Positions 10,186-19,944 of a DNA stretch of 64,000 nt are shown one piece after another. The position numbers were made by a program, and so were the translations under genes. Within the stretch, counting starts at the first letter, position 1, and each line of letters starts with the position of its first letter. This stretch comes from Nitrosopumilus sp. (lineage in GTDB: Archaea; Thermoproteota; Nitrososphaeria; Nitrososphaerales; Nitrosopumilaceae): NCBI GenBank assembly GCA_965238275.1, contig OZ250186.1:1120001-1184000 (forward strand), read 5' to 3'. The notes under the pieces are model-generated. The model worked only from the letters and a program-made list of their open reading frames with translations. It was not told where the DNA came from and ran no database searches.

Positions 10186-11611
10186 GGAATTATATACAAT
10201 AGTAAACAGCAGCCGCCGAAGGCGGCCCATGTCTACTCTTGTTTTTTTCTGAAGGCAATGAAGCACTTTGATTGGCTCTCTCGTGCACGGTGATTTCCCG
10301 CATATACGCGCGGGGCACCGCGTGCTCCTTTTTCCTCCTAACGACGACCTTCCCGGCCGCCTTTGCGCCGCGCGCGGATATGTTGACCGCCGCGTTTATG
10401 TCCGCGTGGTCTTCATGCCCGCATCTTGCGCAGATAAATATTGATTGCGAGCGCCTGGAATTCCTGTCCGAATGCCCGCATTCGGCGCACGTCGTGCTGG
10501 TGTAGTGCGGCTTTACCCTGTGGAATTCCTTGCCGTGCTTTTTTGCAAACCACTCTATATACGACAGCACCTCCCCGAGCGCGGCGTGCATTATTGTCCG
10601 GTTCAAACCCGTCTTGCCCCTGCCCTTCCGTGCCATCTGTCTCGGGTGGAGGTTCTCGACTGCTATTATTTCCGCGCATGCAAGGTTTTCCTTGACTGAC
10701 TTTCTCATGAAATCCGTCCGGCGGTTGGTTGTCTTGGCGTTCTTTTTCCGGATGCGCTCCTGCTCCTTCTTCCACGAGTTGCTTCCTTTCTTGCGTTTTG
10801 ACTGCGCTGACTTTCTCATGTCTGTCTCGTCTCCCTTGTACCGCATGGCGTTCTCCGGGAGAGTCAGCAGGACAGATTTACCGTCGTTCAGGTTGTGCAT
10901 CGCCATCATGTTGACTGCGCCCACATCTATGCCGATAATGTCGCCATCGCCGTCGCGTTTTGGCTTATCCGCGTGTATTTGGACGTGCAGTTCATACGTA
11001 CGGTCCTCTGGCTTTGTATTCCTGGTGATTTTTTTGGTGGTCTCGATTATCTGGAACGACTTGATTAGGCTGCGTTCAATCTCGGTGCTTTTGGGCACGA
11101 TGCTGCAGACGCCACCCAGATTCCAGGAGCCGTCCTTGTTGCCTGCAGGCCTTCCATAGCACCCGATTGCCGGCTGTCGTCGTTGCACGCCCACGCGTTT
11201 TTTCCTGAACAAGCTGTCCGGTGACGTGTATTTGCGCTTGCGTTTTGGCCTCCATCGCTTCCCTATGTTTGATGCGCGGAACGCCTCGACTGCCTTCCGA
11301 CCGCCGTCGATCGCGTGCCTGTGGGCATCCAGATTGACATCCAGCCAGCCGTGTTCTGCCCGCTTTTTCGTGAGGATGTTGTACAGGCCAAACCTTCCAA
11401 GATTGTTATCCAGTGCCTGCCGAACGCCTTCATTGTAGCACCAGTTTATCTGCGGACGAACATTCCAGATGAGGCGCGATGCCTCCCGGGATTGGTAAAA
11501 TGGAACGGTGAATGTCTGCGTGGTGTATGAAAGTTCTTGCTTCATTGGTATGGTACTATACGGTACCGTGCGTTAAAAGGGTGTACTATGTCTGCTCAAG
11601 TATGTAATTCC
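10186..11611 (-). mobile_element. Non-autonomous TnpB-only element, copy 1
   Basis: The ~66 bp leader is identical to 60810..60875; the two ends form an imperfect 23 bp inverted repeat starting GGAATTA(C/T)ATAC; exact right end uncertain. Confidence 0.8.
10190..11545 (-). CDS. tnpB: RNA-guided endonuclease TnpB
   Basis: RuvC-I GIDVG, RuvC-II AVENL, zinc ribbon TSTTCAECG..CARCG, RuvC-III HADINAAVNI; catalytic triad intact. Confidence 0.93.
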   Translation of the reverse strand: MKQELSYTTQTFTVPFYQSREASRLIWNVRPQINWCYNEGVRQALDNNLGRFGLYNILTKKRAEHGWLDVNLDAHRHAIDGGRKAVEAFRASNIGKRWRPKRKRKYTSPDSLFRKKRVGVQRRQPAIGCYGRPAGNKDGSWNLGGVCSIVPKSTEIERSLIKSFQIIETTKKITRNTKPEDRTYELHVQIHADKPKRDGDGDIIGIDVGAVNMMAMHNLNDGKSVLLTLPENAMRYKGDETDMRKSAQSKRKKGSNSWKKEQERIRKKNAKTTNRRTDFMRKSVKENLACAEIIAVENLHPRQMARKGRGKTGLNRTIMHAALGEVLSYIEWFAKKHGKEFHRVKPHYTSTTCAECGHSDRNSRRSQSIFICARCGHEDHADINAAVNISARGAKAAGKVVVRRKKEHAVPRAYMREITVHERANQSASLPSEKNKSRHGPPSAAAVYYCI

Positions 11612-11749
11612 CGTGCAATACGATGCTGTCTTGAAAAGCCTTACGTGATAAGGATTGGATTCATGTCTGCGCAGTGCCTGTCTGCCCACAACATTTTGGC
11701 GAGCATTGGCTTTCCAACAATCACTCCTTGGGAACAGCCAGAATTGATC

Positions 11750-11944
11750 TTATCTGTATCTGACGGCCACGTATGGCGGCGCAGCCGTTATCTCGGCTGC
11801 CGTATGCCTGTGTTTGGAGAACCAACAGCTGCCGCACACTGGCTTCTCGCAGATTGCGCAGGTCTCGTGGCAATGGTGGCAGAGATCCGCGTTGCAGCTG
11901 CCGCACACGCATTTGGCTTCCTCATGGCACTTCTTGCAATCCAT
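11750..11944 (-). CDS. Small Cys-rich zinc-finger protein (B-box-like)
   Basis: MDCKKC..CVCGSC...LCHHCHETCAICEKPVCGSC..KH. Confidence 0.6.
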   Translation of the reverse strand: MDCKKCHEEAKCVCGSCNADLCHHCHETCAICEKPVCGSCWFSKHRHTAAEITAAPPYVAVRYR

Positions 11945-11979
11945 CACTTGAGCGTGTAACCAATCATGTAAAAGGGGGT

Positions 11980-12180
11980 TTATCCTATGTCCTTTTTGCA
12001 GGCACTGCAGCGCCACGTTATCCTTTCTATTACCAGCGAGCCGTCGCATTTGTCGCAATCACGGAACCCGTCGCCCCGTTCGTAGCCAAATCCCTCGTCA
12101 ACTTCGTCGCCTTCTTGTCCGCACGTATCGCACTTGAAGTACAAACACTTGTAATACTCGTCATGAGTGCATTCTCCCAT
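11980..12180 (-). CDS. Small CxxC zinc-ribbon protein
   Basis: Three CxxC pairs plus an N-terminal CTH in 66 aa. Confidence 0.6.
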   Translation of the reverse strand: MGECTHDEYYKCLYFKCDTCGQEGDEVDEGFGYERGDGFRDCDKCDGSLVIERITWRCSACKKDIG

Positions 12181-12226
12181 GATCACGTTCCTGAAAAACG
12201 GTATAAGGGGTTGGCACGGTGGTCAG

Positions 12227-12510
12227 TCAAGCCTCAAGCAGCCGCACGTGGAAGCCGTTGTTTTCAAGCGACAGCAGGCGCTTCTTGTACTTGTCAAACT
12301 CGGCGTACGTCATGATTATGTCGTGCCGCTTGTTCTTTTGCTGGCTGTGCATCAGCCTGCCTGACAACTGCATTTCTTCTTGGCGTGAGCCGTAATGGAA
12401 GTCAACCTCGATGATGCGGTCCAAGTCCTCGATGTGCAGTCCTTCGGTGAACACGGATGATGCAACGAACGAGTGGTTCTCGCGCATCACGTCCAGCGCG
12501 GCCCAGATTC
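12227..12510 (-). pseudogene. C-terminal fragment of an XPB/Rad25-like SF2 helicase
   Basis: SSVFTEGLHIEDLDRIIEVDFHYGSRQEEMQLSGRLM resembles XPB motifs V-VI; N-terminal part absent. Confidence 0.65.
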
Positions 12511-12673
12511 CGGTATTGTCTAGGCACAAACACGTACTGTTTTACGGATATTCACGCCTGAGTTTGAGAGGGACCTGAGCCTGTACCACCCGAACTTGTG
12601 AGAGTATTTATAGTTGGATCCGGTCAGTTCAATACATGCATTCACCAATTTGTTGCTTTATCATTTGATGATG

Positions 12674-13063
12674 CTATTTGCCTTGCACCAATACTGTGTT
12701 CGAGTTACTGATATCAAATCGCAACATGTTGTTTTCTATCTCATGTGGTATTTCATTATCATCCACCAATACAACTAAAGTTGTTACGTTCTCATTCGGG
12801 AATGATTCTTGAAACAAAAACAAAGGATTGTCCATCAGTACATACCCAACAGAGGTTTCACTGACCGTAAGTAACATAGAAGGTGTATCGTCTAGTATGG
12901 TAATGGCATACACATCGACATCAGATTGTAACACGAATTCATCATAAAATTCTAAAATTTTGGGATCTATGTTGGTATGAGAAACATCGACACTCAAAAA
13001 GTCAACAATGAACAAACTTGACAATCCAATACCGATTATGATTGGTAAGAAAAAAAGATTCAT
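12674..13063 (-). CDS. Hypothetical membrane-anchored or secreted acidic protein
   Basis: 129 aa, hydrophobic N-terminus, AT-rich DNA. Confidence 0.6.
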   Translation of the reverse strand: MNLFFLPIIIGIGLSSLFIVDFLSVDVSHTNIDPKILEFYDEFVLQSDVDVYAITILDDTPSMLLTVSETSVGYVLMDNPLFLFQESFPNENVTTLVVLVDDNEIPHEIENNMLRFDISNSNTVLVQGK

Positions 13064-13766
13064 GCTAGTTTAAATGTTAGTTTAGTAAATAAAAAAGTTA
13101 GCGGTGTAAATTTATGGTGCCGGTTAGTATTTCCAGTGTACTTGCAGTATCAGCATATCTGGCATGTCAATGTCGTATTCAGAATGTGAGTCTATGTGAA
13201 AATTGTATGTGTCATATTCAGACCAGTCGCCTTGTGAGGCCTTGACAAGAACTCGATCAAATGCGTTTGGGAATAGGCACCAATCAAGATAATAGTATTG
13301 CCCTGAAAACGAATACCATCTCAATCCAGACGAACCATTAGACATGAAATCAGTGTATCAGTCGTTTCCGCATTGAGAATACTCATCATCGCCGAATTCA
13401 TTGTTCGAATTCACAACTGGATTTACCCAAGTGTGCACGATTGTAGTCGGGGTGCCCGGTAGTACTAGACCATCTGCTTGTATTTGAGAACCGATCCTAG
13501 TCTGTCCATTTGTTTGTGTTCCATCGCTATTGTTTTCCCTGCCAATTTTTTTCGTTTCGTTTAGCATAGTGTTGTGAACTTCATATATATCAGTCTGTGA
13601 ATCGTATTTGGCTTTGAATTCTATATCGTAGTCTCCAATTTCATTAGATTGTTTGTCATAAACTTGTATGTTCAAGACCACGTGTTTTGTTTGATCGTTA
13701 TGCTCAACGACGATGTACTTCCACAATTCGGTATGTTCACCATTAATTTTTTGCGCCTCCCATGTG

Positions 13767-15415
13767 GTATGGACTCAGGTCCGTGCCTAGATTTTAATCG
13801 CTTGTGCATCAAATTAGACCATGCCGATTTATTGATCTCGGAATCCGCGAACCCACGTGAGCAAATCAGAGATATCGCTCCTACGCAGGGAGCTGGCAAG
13901 GGTAGTGACGGAGTTCGAGAAGTTTAAGAAAACGATGTACAAGACAAATGCCGAACTCACCAAGAAGGTGACGCTGCTCGAGATTGAAAACGACCGCCTG
14001 ACCCTGGAAAACGCGGGGTACCGCAGGAGGCTCCGCAAATACGAAAACCCCAACATGTCCTCGTCCACATATTCGTTGTACAACTCGGACCGCACGGCAT
14101 TCAGGAAGCGGATGGACATGGAGGCCAAGATGGAGTCCGATGGCAGCGGGCCCAAGGAAGGAGAAAAGTCCGAATCGGAAGGCGGACCTGAATCAGAAGG
14201 CGAAGGCGCCGGAGACAAGACCCGCAAGGGACCGCCGGCAGGACACGCCGGCGCCTCGCACAAGAACAAGGCCGAGAGGACCGAGAGTCTGCCAGTGTGC
14301 AGGTGCGAAAAGTGCGGACGCGGACACCTGGTCCGGATGCCGTCCATTGTCAAGATGGTGTATGATTTTCCCGACGACGGCGCCATGAGGATCGAGCGCG
14401 TCGCGTACCTGGTGGGACAGGGGTTGTGCAAGAGGTGCAATCACGTCAGCTCTGCCGTGCCTCCCACGATCCCCGGCACGTCGCTTGGCCCCAAGGCCCT
14501 GGGGTTTGTGGAGGAGTACTACGACAAGAGGAGCACGGACTACACCGTATCATACTATTTCAAGGCGCTGTACGGGTTTGGCATATCGCCAAACGCCATA
14601 TGGAACGCGCGCAAGGCCCTCAAAAAGATCCTCAAGGGCGCGTACGAGGGCATACTGGCCCACATCGCCGAGGCCGCGTTCGTGCAGTTTGACGAGTCCC
14701 ACATGAAGATGAACGGGAAGAAGGGGTACGTGTGGCTGGTCACCGCCGGGGACGCCACGTATCTGGTGGCCGCCCCGAGCAGGGCGGCCCTCGTGATAAA
14801 CGCGCATTTTGCCCGGCTGCTTGGCAAGCCGGTGGTGGTGGATGGGTACACCGTCTACAACATGTTCCCAGTCAAGCAGAGGTGCTGGGTGCACCTGCTG
14901 CGCGCCGCAGAAGAGTACGCCATCAAGAACGGCGGCAACGATCTTGCCTGCTACCGCAGGCTGCTTGCCCTGTACCGGTCAGTCAAGGACAGGGAGTCTG
15001 CCGGATCCGGCGAGTGCCTGGACCTGGAAAGGACGGTGCTCCAAATCGCCTCGGACTACGGGGAGTCCCACGACTTCCGCACGACGCTTGAGAACGCGGC
15101 CCCGTGCATGTTCACGTTCCTCAGGCATCCGGGCATGCCGCCGCATAACAACGCAGCAGAGCTTGAGATACGCGACACTGCGGTGCTGCACGGGAACGTG
15201 CGGCACCAGCTGTCCGAACCCGAGGGGCGGGAGGTCTTCTCGGTGCTGATATCAGTGGCGCGCACCTGCCACAAGCAGGGCATCTTCCCGCGCCAAGCAG
15301 TCGAGAACATCATCATGGATCCTGGCTGGAGCATATTCAAGCCACCCGAACAATATCAGAAGGTTTCTGTACCCGCAGTGGCAGCGTAGCGCAGTTTGGC
15401 GACCTGAGTCCATAC
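13767..15415 (+). mobile_element. IS66-family element
   Basis: 15 bp TIR GTATGGACTCAGGTC; 8 bp TSD CCCATGTG (13759-13766 / 15416-15423). Confidence 0.95.
13857..15389 (+). CDS. tnpC: IS66 family transposase
   Basis: NxSS..S motif, GPPAGHAG, FDES..GYVW, VDGYTVY, QRCWVHLLR, HNNAAELEIR. Confidence 0.92.
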   Translation: MSKSEISLLRRELARVVTEFEKFKKTMYKTNAELTKKVTLLEIENDRLTLENAGYRRRLRKYENPNMSSSTYSLYNSDRTAFRKRMDMEAKMESDGSGPKEGEKSESEGGPESEGEGAGDKTRKGPPAGHAGASHKNKAERTESLPVCRCEKCGRGHLVRMPSIVKMVYDFPDDGAMRIERVAYLVGQGLCKRCNHVSSAVPPTIPGTSLGPKALGFVEEYYDKRSTDYTVSYYFKALYGFGISPNAIWNARKALKKILKGAYEGILAHIAEAAFVQFDESHMKMNGKKGYVWLVTAGDATYLVAAPSRAALVINAHFARLLGKPVVVDGYTVYNMFPVKQRCWVHLLRAAEEYAIKNGGNDLACYRRLLALYRSVKDRESAGSGECLDLERTVLQIASDYGESHDFRTTLENAAPCMFTFLRHPGMPPHNNAAELEIRDTAVLHGNVRHQLSEPEGREVFSVLISVARTCHKQGIFPRQAVENIIMDPGWSIFKPPEQYQKVSVPAVAA

Positions 15416-15526
15416 CCCATGTGCCGGTTTCTGACAACGCTTTATTCAAAAAGTTATATTTCTCGTTGTCGTTTTCAGTAGGAACCACATCTGTATACCC
15501 AGAGCTCGTTCCAATCAGAGGAAGTA

Positions 15527-16798
15527 TACCAGCAATGAAAAATTCATATCAAAATCGCTCATAAATTTTTGATGCAACAGCCGTCTCTGGAAATTACGAG
15601 GTGCGTTGAATTCCCAAATGACGGGAAAAGACGCCCCGAACATTAGACATTGCATGCTCTGGTGCGCCGTGCATGGCACACGCTAGGCGGCGTGGGTCCG
15701 GTGCGGTTTGATGTCGTTCTAGATGGCCCTGTACAGAAAGTTTTCAACGACCAGATTCGGTTTTTTGTACCTCGTGTACCTGGTGATCGCCTCGCGGAGC
15801 ATGCTCAGGCTGGTGTACGGCACGTCAAGCACTGCCCGCTTGAGATCCCTCCAGTACGTCTCTATGGCGCTCAGGTCCGGGGTTGCAGTTGGCAGGAAGA
15901 CTATCTCCAGGCCGTCTGTGCCATCAAGCAGTTTGCGTATGTTTGATGCCCTGTGCTGGGAGGCCTTGTCCATGATCAGGCAGATCTTCTTGAACCTGTA
16001 CATCGCCTGCCTTAGAAAGTCCTCAAAGGTGTCCTTGGTAAACGCGTCGTACTGCCGGAACATGCCCCTGCCGTCCGTGGTGATTAGTCCATGGATTATC
16101 GTCTTGGAGTGTGAGCCGGTGTACGTGAAAAACGCCCGTATTCCCTTCCTGGTGTAGCCGCGTCTTCGCAGCCGCGCATCGGAGATTACTATGGACTCGT
16201 CCTGTATCGCTACGACTGTTCCTTCACTGTTCTTTTTTTTATAAGCTCTGGCATCTCTTTTTGGAATTTCCTGATCTCCTCGTCAGGCGCCCTTCTTGCA
16301 TGTTTTCCTACGGGAACCTTCTGGGAGTAGCCCCAGCTCCGCAGCATGTACCGCACGTGCGTGAGGTTGTACTTTACCCCCGTCTTCTGCCTGATGTATT
16401 CCCGCATCTCCCTGCCCGTCCAGATCAGCTTACTGCGCGCGTTTTTCCGAATCCGCCCCATGTCTGTCCTGCTTACCTTGGTCGGCCTGCCGGAGCGCGG
16501 AAGGTTTCCCAGCCTGTCAAAGCCGACTTCCCGATAGCGTTTGTGCCACTTGCAGCCCCATGCCGGCGACTTGCCAAGGGATTTTGCAGCATCGCTCATG
16601 GTTGCTCCATCGCGCTTGATCATGATTATCAGCATCATGCGATCCTTGACATTGCAGTCTTTCTCAGCGGCGTATCTTTTCAACATCGTCTTGATCTTCA
16701 TTGACTATGTGATTCGGGATGAGCATAACACTGCATGCGAAAAAAATCTTTTACAACCGTATGAAATATTTTTATTCACGGATTTATGTTCCGCGGTA
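15527..16798 (-). mobile_element. IS630-family element, apparently chimeric
   Basis: Flanked by TA; the transposase 3' half is near-identical to 61399..62140 plus 63215..63290, while the 5' half and terminus differ. Confidence 0.85.
15719..16701 (-). CDS. IS630 transposase in two frames (-1 frameshift at an A8 run, 16233-16240)
   Basis: HTH ORF 16210..16701 (RSGRP, WT, GYS..VP) plus DDE part QDES / MDKASQH / PDLSAIE. Confidence 0.85.
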
Positions 16799-16899
16799 TA
16801 CTTATGGGATTGCACATACAGAACCAGATTGCACAAGGTTCCACAGACCAACGGAAAGGCTGGAGCGGTTAAGTCATACAAAATCAGGGTTAAAGACAT

Positions 16900-17205
16900 A
16901 TGTCGTCAACACCCACCTACCCCAAGGGGCGAACGCACGTTGAGTTCTCCATAAACTCCGTGGATGACTACAACGGGGAGGAGCAGACCTTCACTGACCA
17001 TAGTAAGCTGGAAATCAGATTCCGCAAGCCGGACGGGACGACTATAACCAAGTCCGCACTGGAGCGTAACGACGGCAAGGAGATCTACCATCTAGACACG
17101 GAGGGAATCTTTGATCATACCGGGTTCTGGGAATACGACGGTCGGGTTACATATTCGAACGGCCGCGTGTGGATCAGCAAGCGCAAGTCGTTCAATGTCG
17201 TCTAG
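16900..17205 (+). CDS. Small beta-sandwich protein, possibly BppU-N-like (phage baseplate-type Ig fold)
   Basis: Pattern IRFRKPDGT...FDHTGFWEY..RVTY...SKRKSFNV; family assignment is inference. Confidence 0.5.
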   Translation: MSSTPTYPKGRTHVEFSINSVDDYNGEEQTFTDHSKLEIRFRKPDGTTITKSALERNDGKEIYHLDTEGIFDHTGFWEYDGRVTYSNGRVWISKRKSFNVV

Positions 17206-17564
17206 TCCTGCGGTTTGAGCATTTTTTGGTGCAAAAGCCGGCGGAAACCAACAACGGACTGTTGCTCATAGACATCAGCCAAAAGAACCTCGAATTAGAC
17301 ATCAGACGCGACCTACGGAAGGTGGTAAAAAACGGCAGCAACTGGCAGAGTATCGACCATGTCATTGAGCATACATCTTTGTAGAATCACGCATGCATAG
17401 TATAGGCCAGAACAATCCGCTCACTTTTGGCTAAATTAATCCTGCAATCATGCATCTCACCAGGCATGACGTGGCTAAAACCACGGCTTGCACGGAAATC
17501 AGGCTACAGGCAACCAGGGATCCGCATTATTCCATACGCAAGAGTAGATTTTTCACGCCAGTGG

Positions 17565-18143
17565 CTAATCTACCAGATAGCCCACGAGCCGGTTGCCCAT
17601 CTCTTTTTCAAGGATTGCCGTTATTGCCGCCTTTAGATCCTCCGGGGATTTGAAATACCTGCCTGCTAGTCTCTTCTTGAGATCCCTCCAGACGTTTTCG
17701 ATCTGGTTCAGCTGCGGCGTGCGGGGCGGGAGAAATTCCAGCTCGATATCGCCGCCCGTGCCGGCCACGTACTCGCTGACCGTGTGGGAATGGTGGTACG
17801 ACGCGTTGTCCAAGACCATGTAGAATTTCGGGTGGATCCTGCGCACATCTTCTAGTAATTCCTTGAACGTGTCCGAGTTTGCAGAATCTGCCATGCGGAC
17901 GTAGAGCGTGTCTTTGCCCATGACGCCAAGCAGACTGACGGTCTTTTTTGAAAAACCCCTCGGGATCGTGTCCCTGCCACCGGTGGGTCTCCACCCGTAG
18001 CCCGGTTCCTGCGACATGCCGACTGCGGCCTCGTCTTCGACGAATGTGGCGTACCCGTCCTTGCCCAGTTCCCTTGCCCTCCTGCCTGCCACTGCCTTGA
18101 ATTCCTCCTGCTCGCCTTCGGAGGCGGTCTTGGGCGGCACCAG
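17565..18143 (-). pseudogene. 5'-truncated IS630 transposase
   Basis: FVEDEA, VLDNASYH, LPPRTPQLNQIENVW; HTH region replaced by unrelated DNA. Confidence 0.85.
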
Positions 18144-18474
18144 GTCGGAAAACGAAGACAACCAGACGGGCAAGCGACAAAGGGCGCTAAAGAACATCGC
18201 GACAAAGTTCAGGTAGGCAGGGTTTACCGTGCTGTATACAGAGCTGGACGGTTCTGCAGGCACCCTATACCTGGAAAGCCTGACAATATCCGGGCACAAG
18301 TTGGTAGCCGGGCCACTATTGGAGAACAGAACTGCAAGCGACGGCTTCATCGGCGCAAGACCGGCTGATGCGGTTTACGTGAATGACGGAAGGCTTTACG
18401 CCCTGACAGAAAGGAAGTGCACGAGTGCAGAGGTGTTCCGCGACAGCCTGGGACTGGCTCCTGCGGTTTCTTAA
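18144..18474 (+). pseudogene. 3' fragment of an unknown gene with an internal stop
   Basis: ORFs ending at 18216 and 18229..18474 are in one frame, separated by a TAG. Confidence 0.35.
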
Positions 18475-18500
18475 TTTCTAACCCCTTATGCCTCCCCATA

Positions 18501-19944
18501 GTAATCGGATTAAAGATCCGGAAAAGAGCGACCGTATACAATTGGTCAAACCGAAACACTAAGATCGGCGCCGTGCCCGGCACCCTCATGGATCGGTCGA
18601 AAAGGGTAAAACGCGGGGACGGGTTCCTCCCGGACATCGGCCTGCCCGAACTTGAGCAGCTGCACAGGGGGGAACCCCACGGAAAGACCAGAACCATGCT
18701 GCAGGCGGCCATGCGCCGAAAGAAAGGCGAGATCCTGGAGAGCATATCAAACGCCATCGGGGTGGCGATCAGCACCGTACACGACTGGCTGCTGCGGCTG
18801 GAGGAAGGCGGCCTGGAGCGCAGGCACGACCGCAAGAGCCCCGGCAGGCCGTGCCGCCTGTCCGATGAGCAGTGGGCGGCCCTTGACAGGGATGTCGACA
18901 AGGATCCCACGGAGAGCGGCTTTTTCCGCGATACGTGGACGGGCAGGCTCGTCGCCCGCCGCATCCTGAACGCGTTTGGGATCAGGTACAGCGACAGCGG
19001 CGCGCTCAAGCTGACGCGCAGGATGAATTTTTCAGTCAGGGGGGTTAGGCCCGTGCCGTACAACTCGGCCACGGCGAAGGATCTGGCGGAATATGTGGAG
19101 GAGACGGTCAGGCAGGTGAGGGAGTATGACAGGAACGGCTTCAAGATAGTATTCATCGATTTTGCCGGATTTGCCGACTCCCCCGCCTCCAGGCGCGGCA
19201 TACGGCGCAGGGGCGGCAGGGACACGGTCAAGACCAACTGCTCCAAGAAGACCGTCAAGGTCGCAGGAGCCCTTGGCAGGGGCACGCTGGACATACAGTT
19301 CCACGAGTCTGCCAACACGGGGAGCGCAAAGGCCCTTTTGGAGCACCTTCGGCGGAAGTACGGAAAAGTCTACGCAATAATGGACAACGCCGGAGCCCAC
19401 ACCAGCCAGGAGATGAACAGGTACATTGAGAGCACGAAAGGCGACGTGGTTCGGCGGTTTCTGCCCCCGCGCACACCGCAGCACAATTCCATCGAGGTGG
19501 AGTGGAGGGAGCTCAAGGGGGCACTGTCGGCAACCTTCTTTGGCGGATTCGACGAGCTGCAGAAGAGAATCAGACAGCTGCTGCGCAGCGGGGAGGTCGC
19601 CATAGCAAAACTGATCCATTATGTGTTTGAGGCCATCGGCCCCCAGAGGGGGCCATGGAAGAAGGCGCGGCGCATACCTGTGGAACCCCCAAACCGCACT
19701 GCCTGACCCGCCGGTCGTTGAATGCGTGATCGTACCCAGACACTCCGCATCCGAACGCCGCAACCTGCCGAGAGCCATGCCCTGAGCAGAAAATTCTACG
19801 GGAAGGATTGGACCTGCCGGAAATTATCGGGCAAGTTATCATTAGTGGTGCGGCAACCCGTGCCGGCATGCTCATGGGAGTGCACCGGGCTGCCATGGAT
19901 CTAAATCACGTGAGTGGGCTTTTCCGGATCTTTAATCCGATTAC
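18501..19944 (+). mobile_element. IS630-family element
   Basis: 26 bp TIR GTAATCGGATTAAAGATCCGGAAAAG; TA duplication (18499-18500 / 19945-19946). Confidence 0.95.
18588..19706 (+). CDS. IS630 transposase (single frame)
   Basis: SPGRP, WT, FIDFAG, IMDNAGAH, LPPRTPQHNSIEVEW. Confidence 0.92.
   Translation: MDRSKRVKRGDGFLPDIGLPELEQLHRGEPHGKTRTMLQAAMRRKKGEILESISNAIGVAISTVHDWLLRLEEGGLERRHDRKSPGRPCRLSDEQWAALDRDVDKDPTESGFFRDTWTGRLVARRILNAFGIRYSDSGALKLTRRMNFSVRGVRPVPYNSATAKDLAEYVEETVRQVREYDRNGFKIVFIDFAGFADSPASRRGIRRRGGRDTVKTNCSKKTVKVAGALGRGTLDIQFHESANTGSAKALLEHLRRKYGKVYAIMDNAGAHTSQEMNRYIESTKGDVVRRFLPPRTPQHNSIEVEWRELKGALSATFFGGFDELQKRIRQLLRSGEVAIAKLIHYVFEAIGPQRGPWKKARRIPVEPPNRTA

Larger units (their letters stand above)
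9538..11689 (-). pseudogene. Hypothetical gene interrupted by TnpB element copy 1
   Basis: Removing 10186..11611 joins GTG-GRQALRRHESNPYHVRLFKTASYCT in frame to LTYKVRVSTQP...YLIVD*. Confidence 0.6.
13124..15526 (-). pseudogene. Putative secreted protein gene disrupted by IS66, an in-frame TGA and 5' truncation at IS630
   Basis: Removing IS66 gives LPLIGTSSGYTDVVPTEND...SETGTWEAQKINGEHTELWKYIVVEH...; TGA at 13358-13360 is in frame with ORF 13124..13345. Confidence 0.7.

Noticed and set aside
10190-11545. TnpB as a Cas12f CRISPR effector
   Set aside because: No array or adaptation genes nearby; it is multi-copy and inserted into genes like a transposon
13358-13360. In-frame TGA as selenocysteine or programmed readthrough
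   Set aside because: The gene is already broken by IS insertions and no recoding signal is seen; a nonsense mutation is simpler
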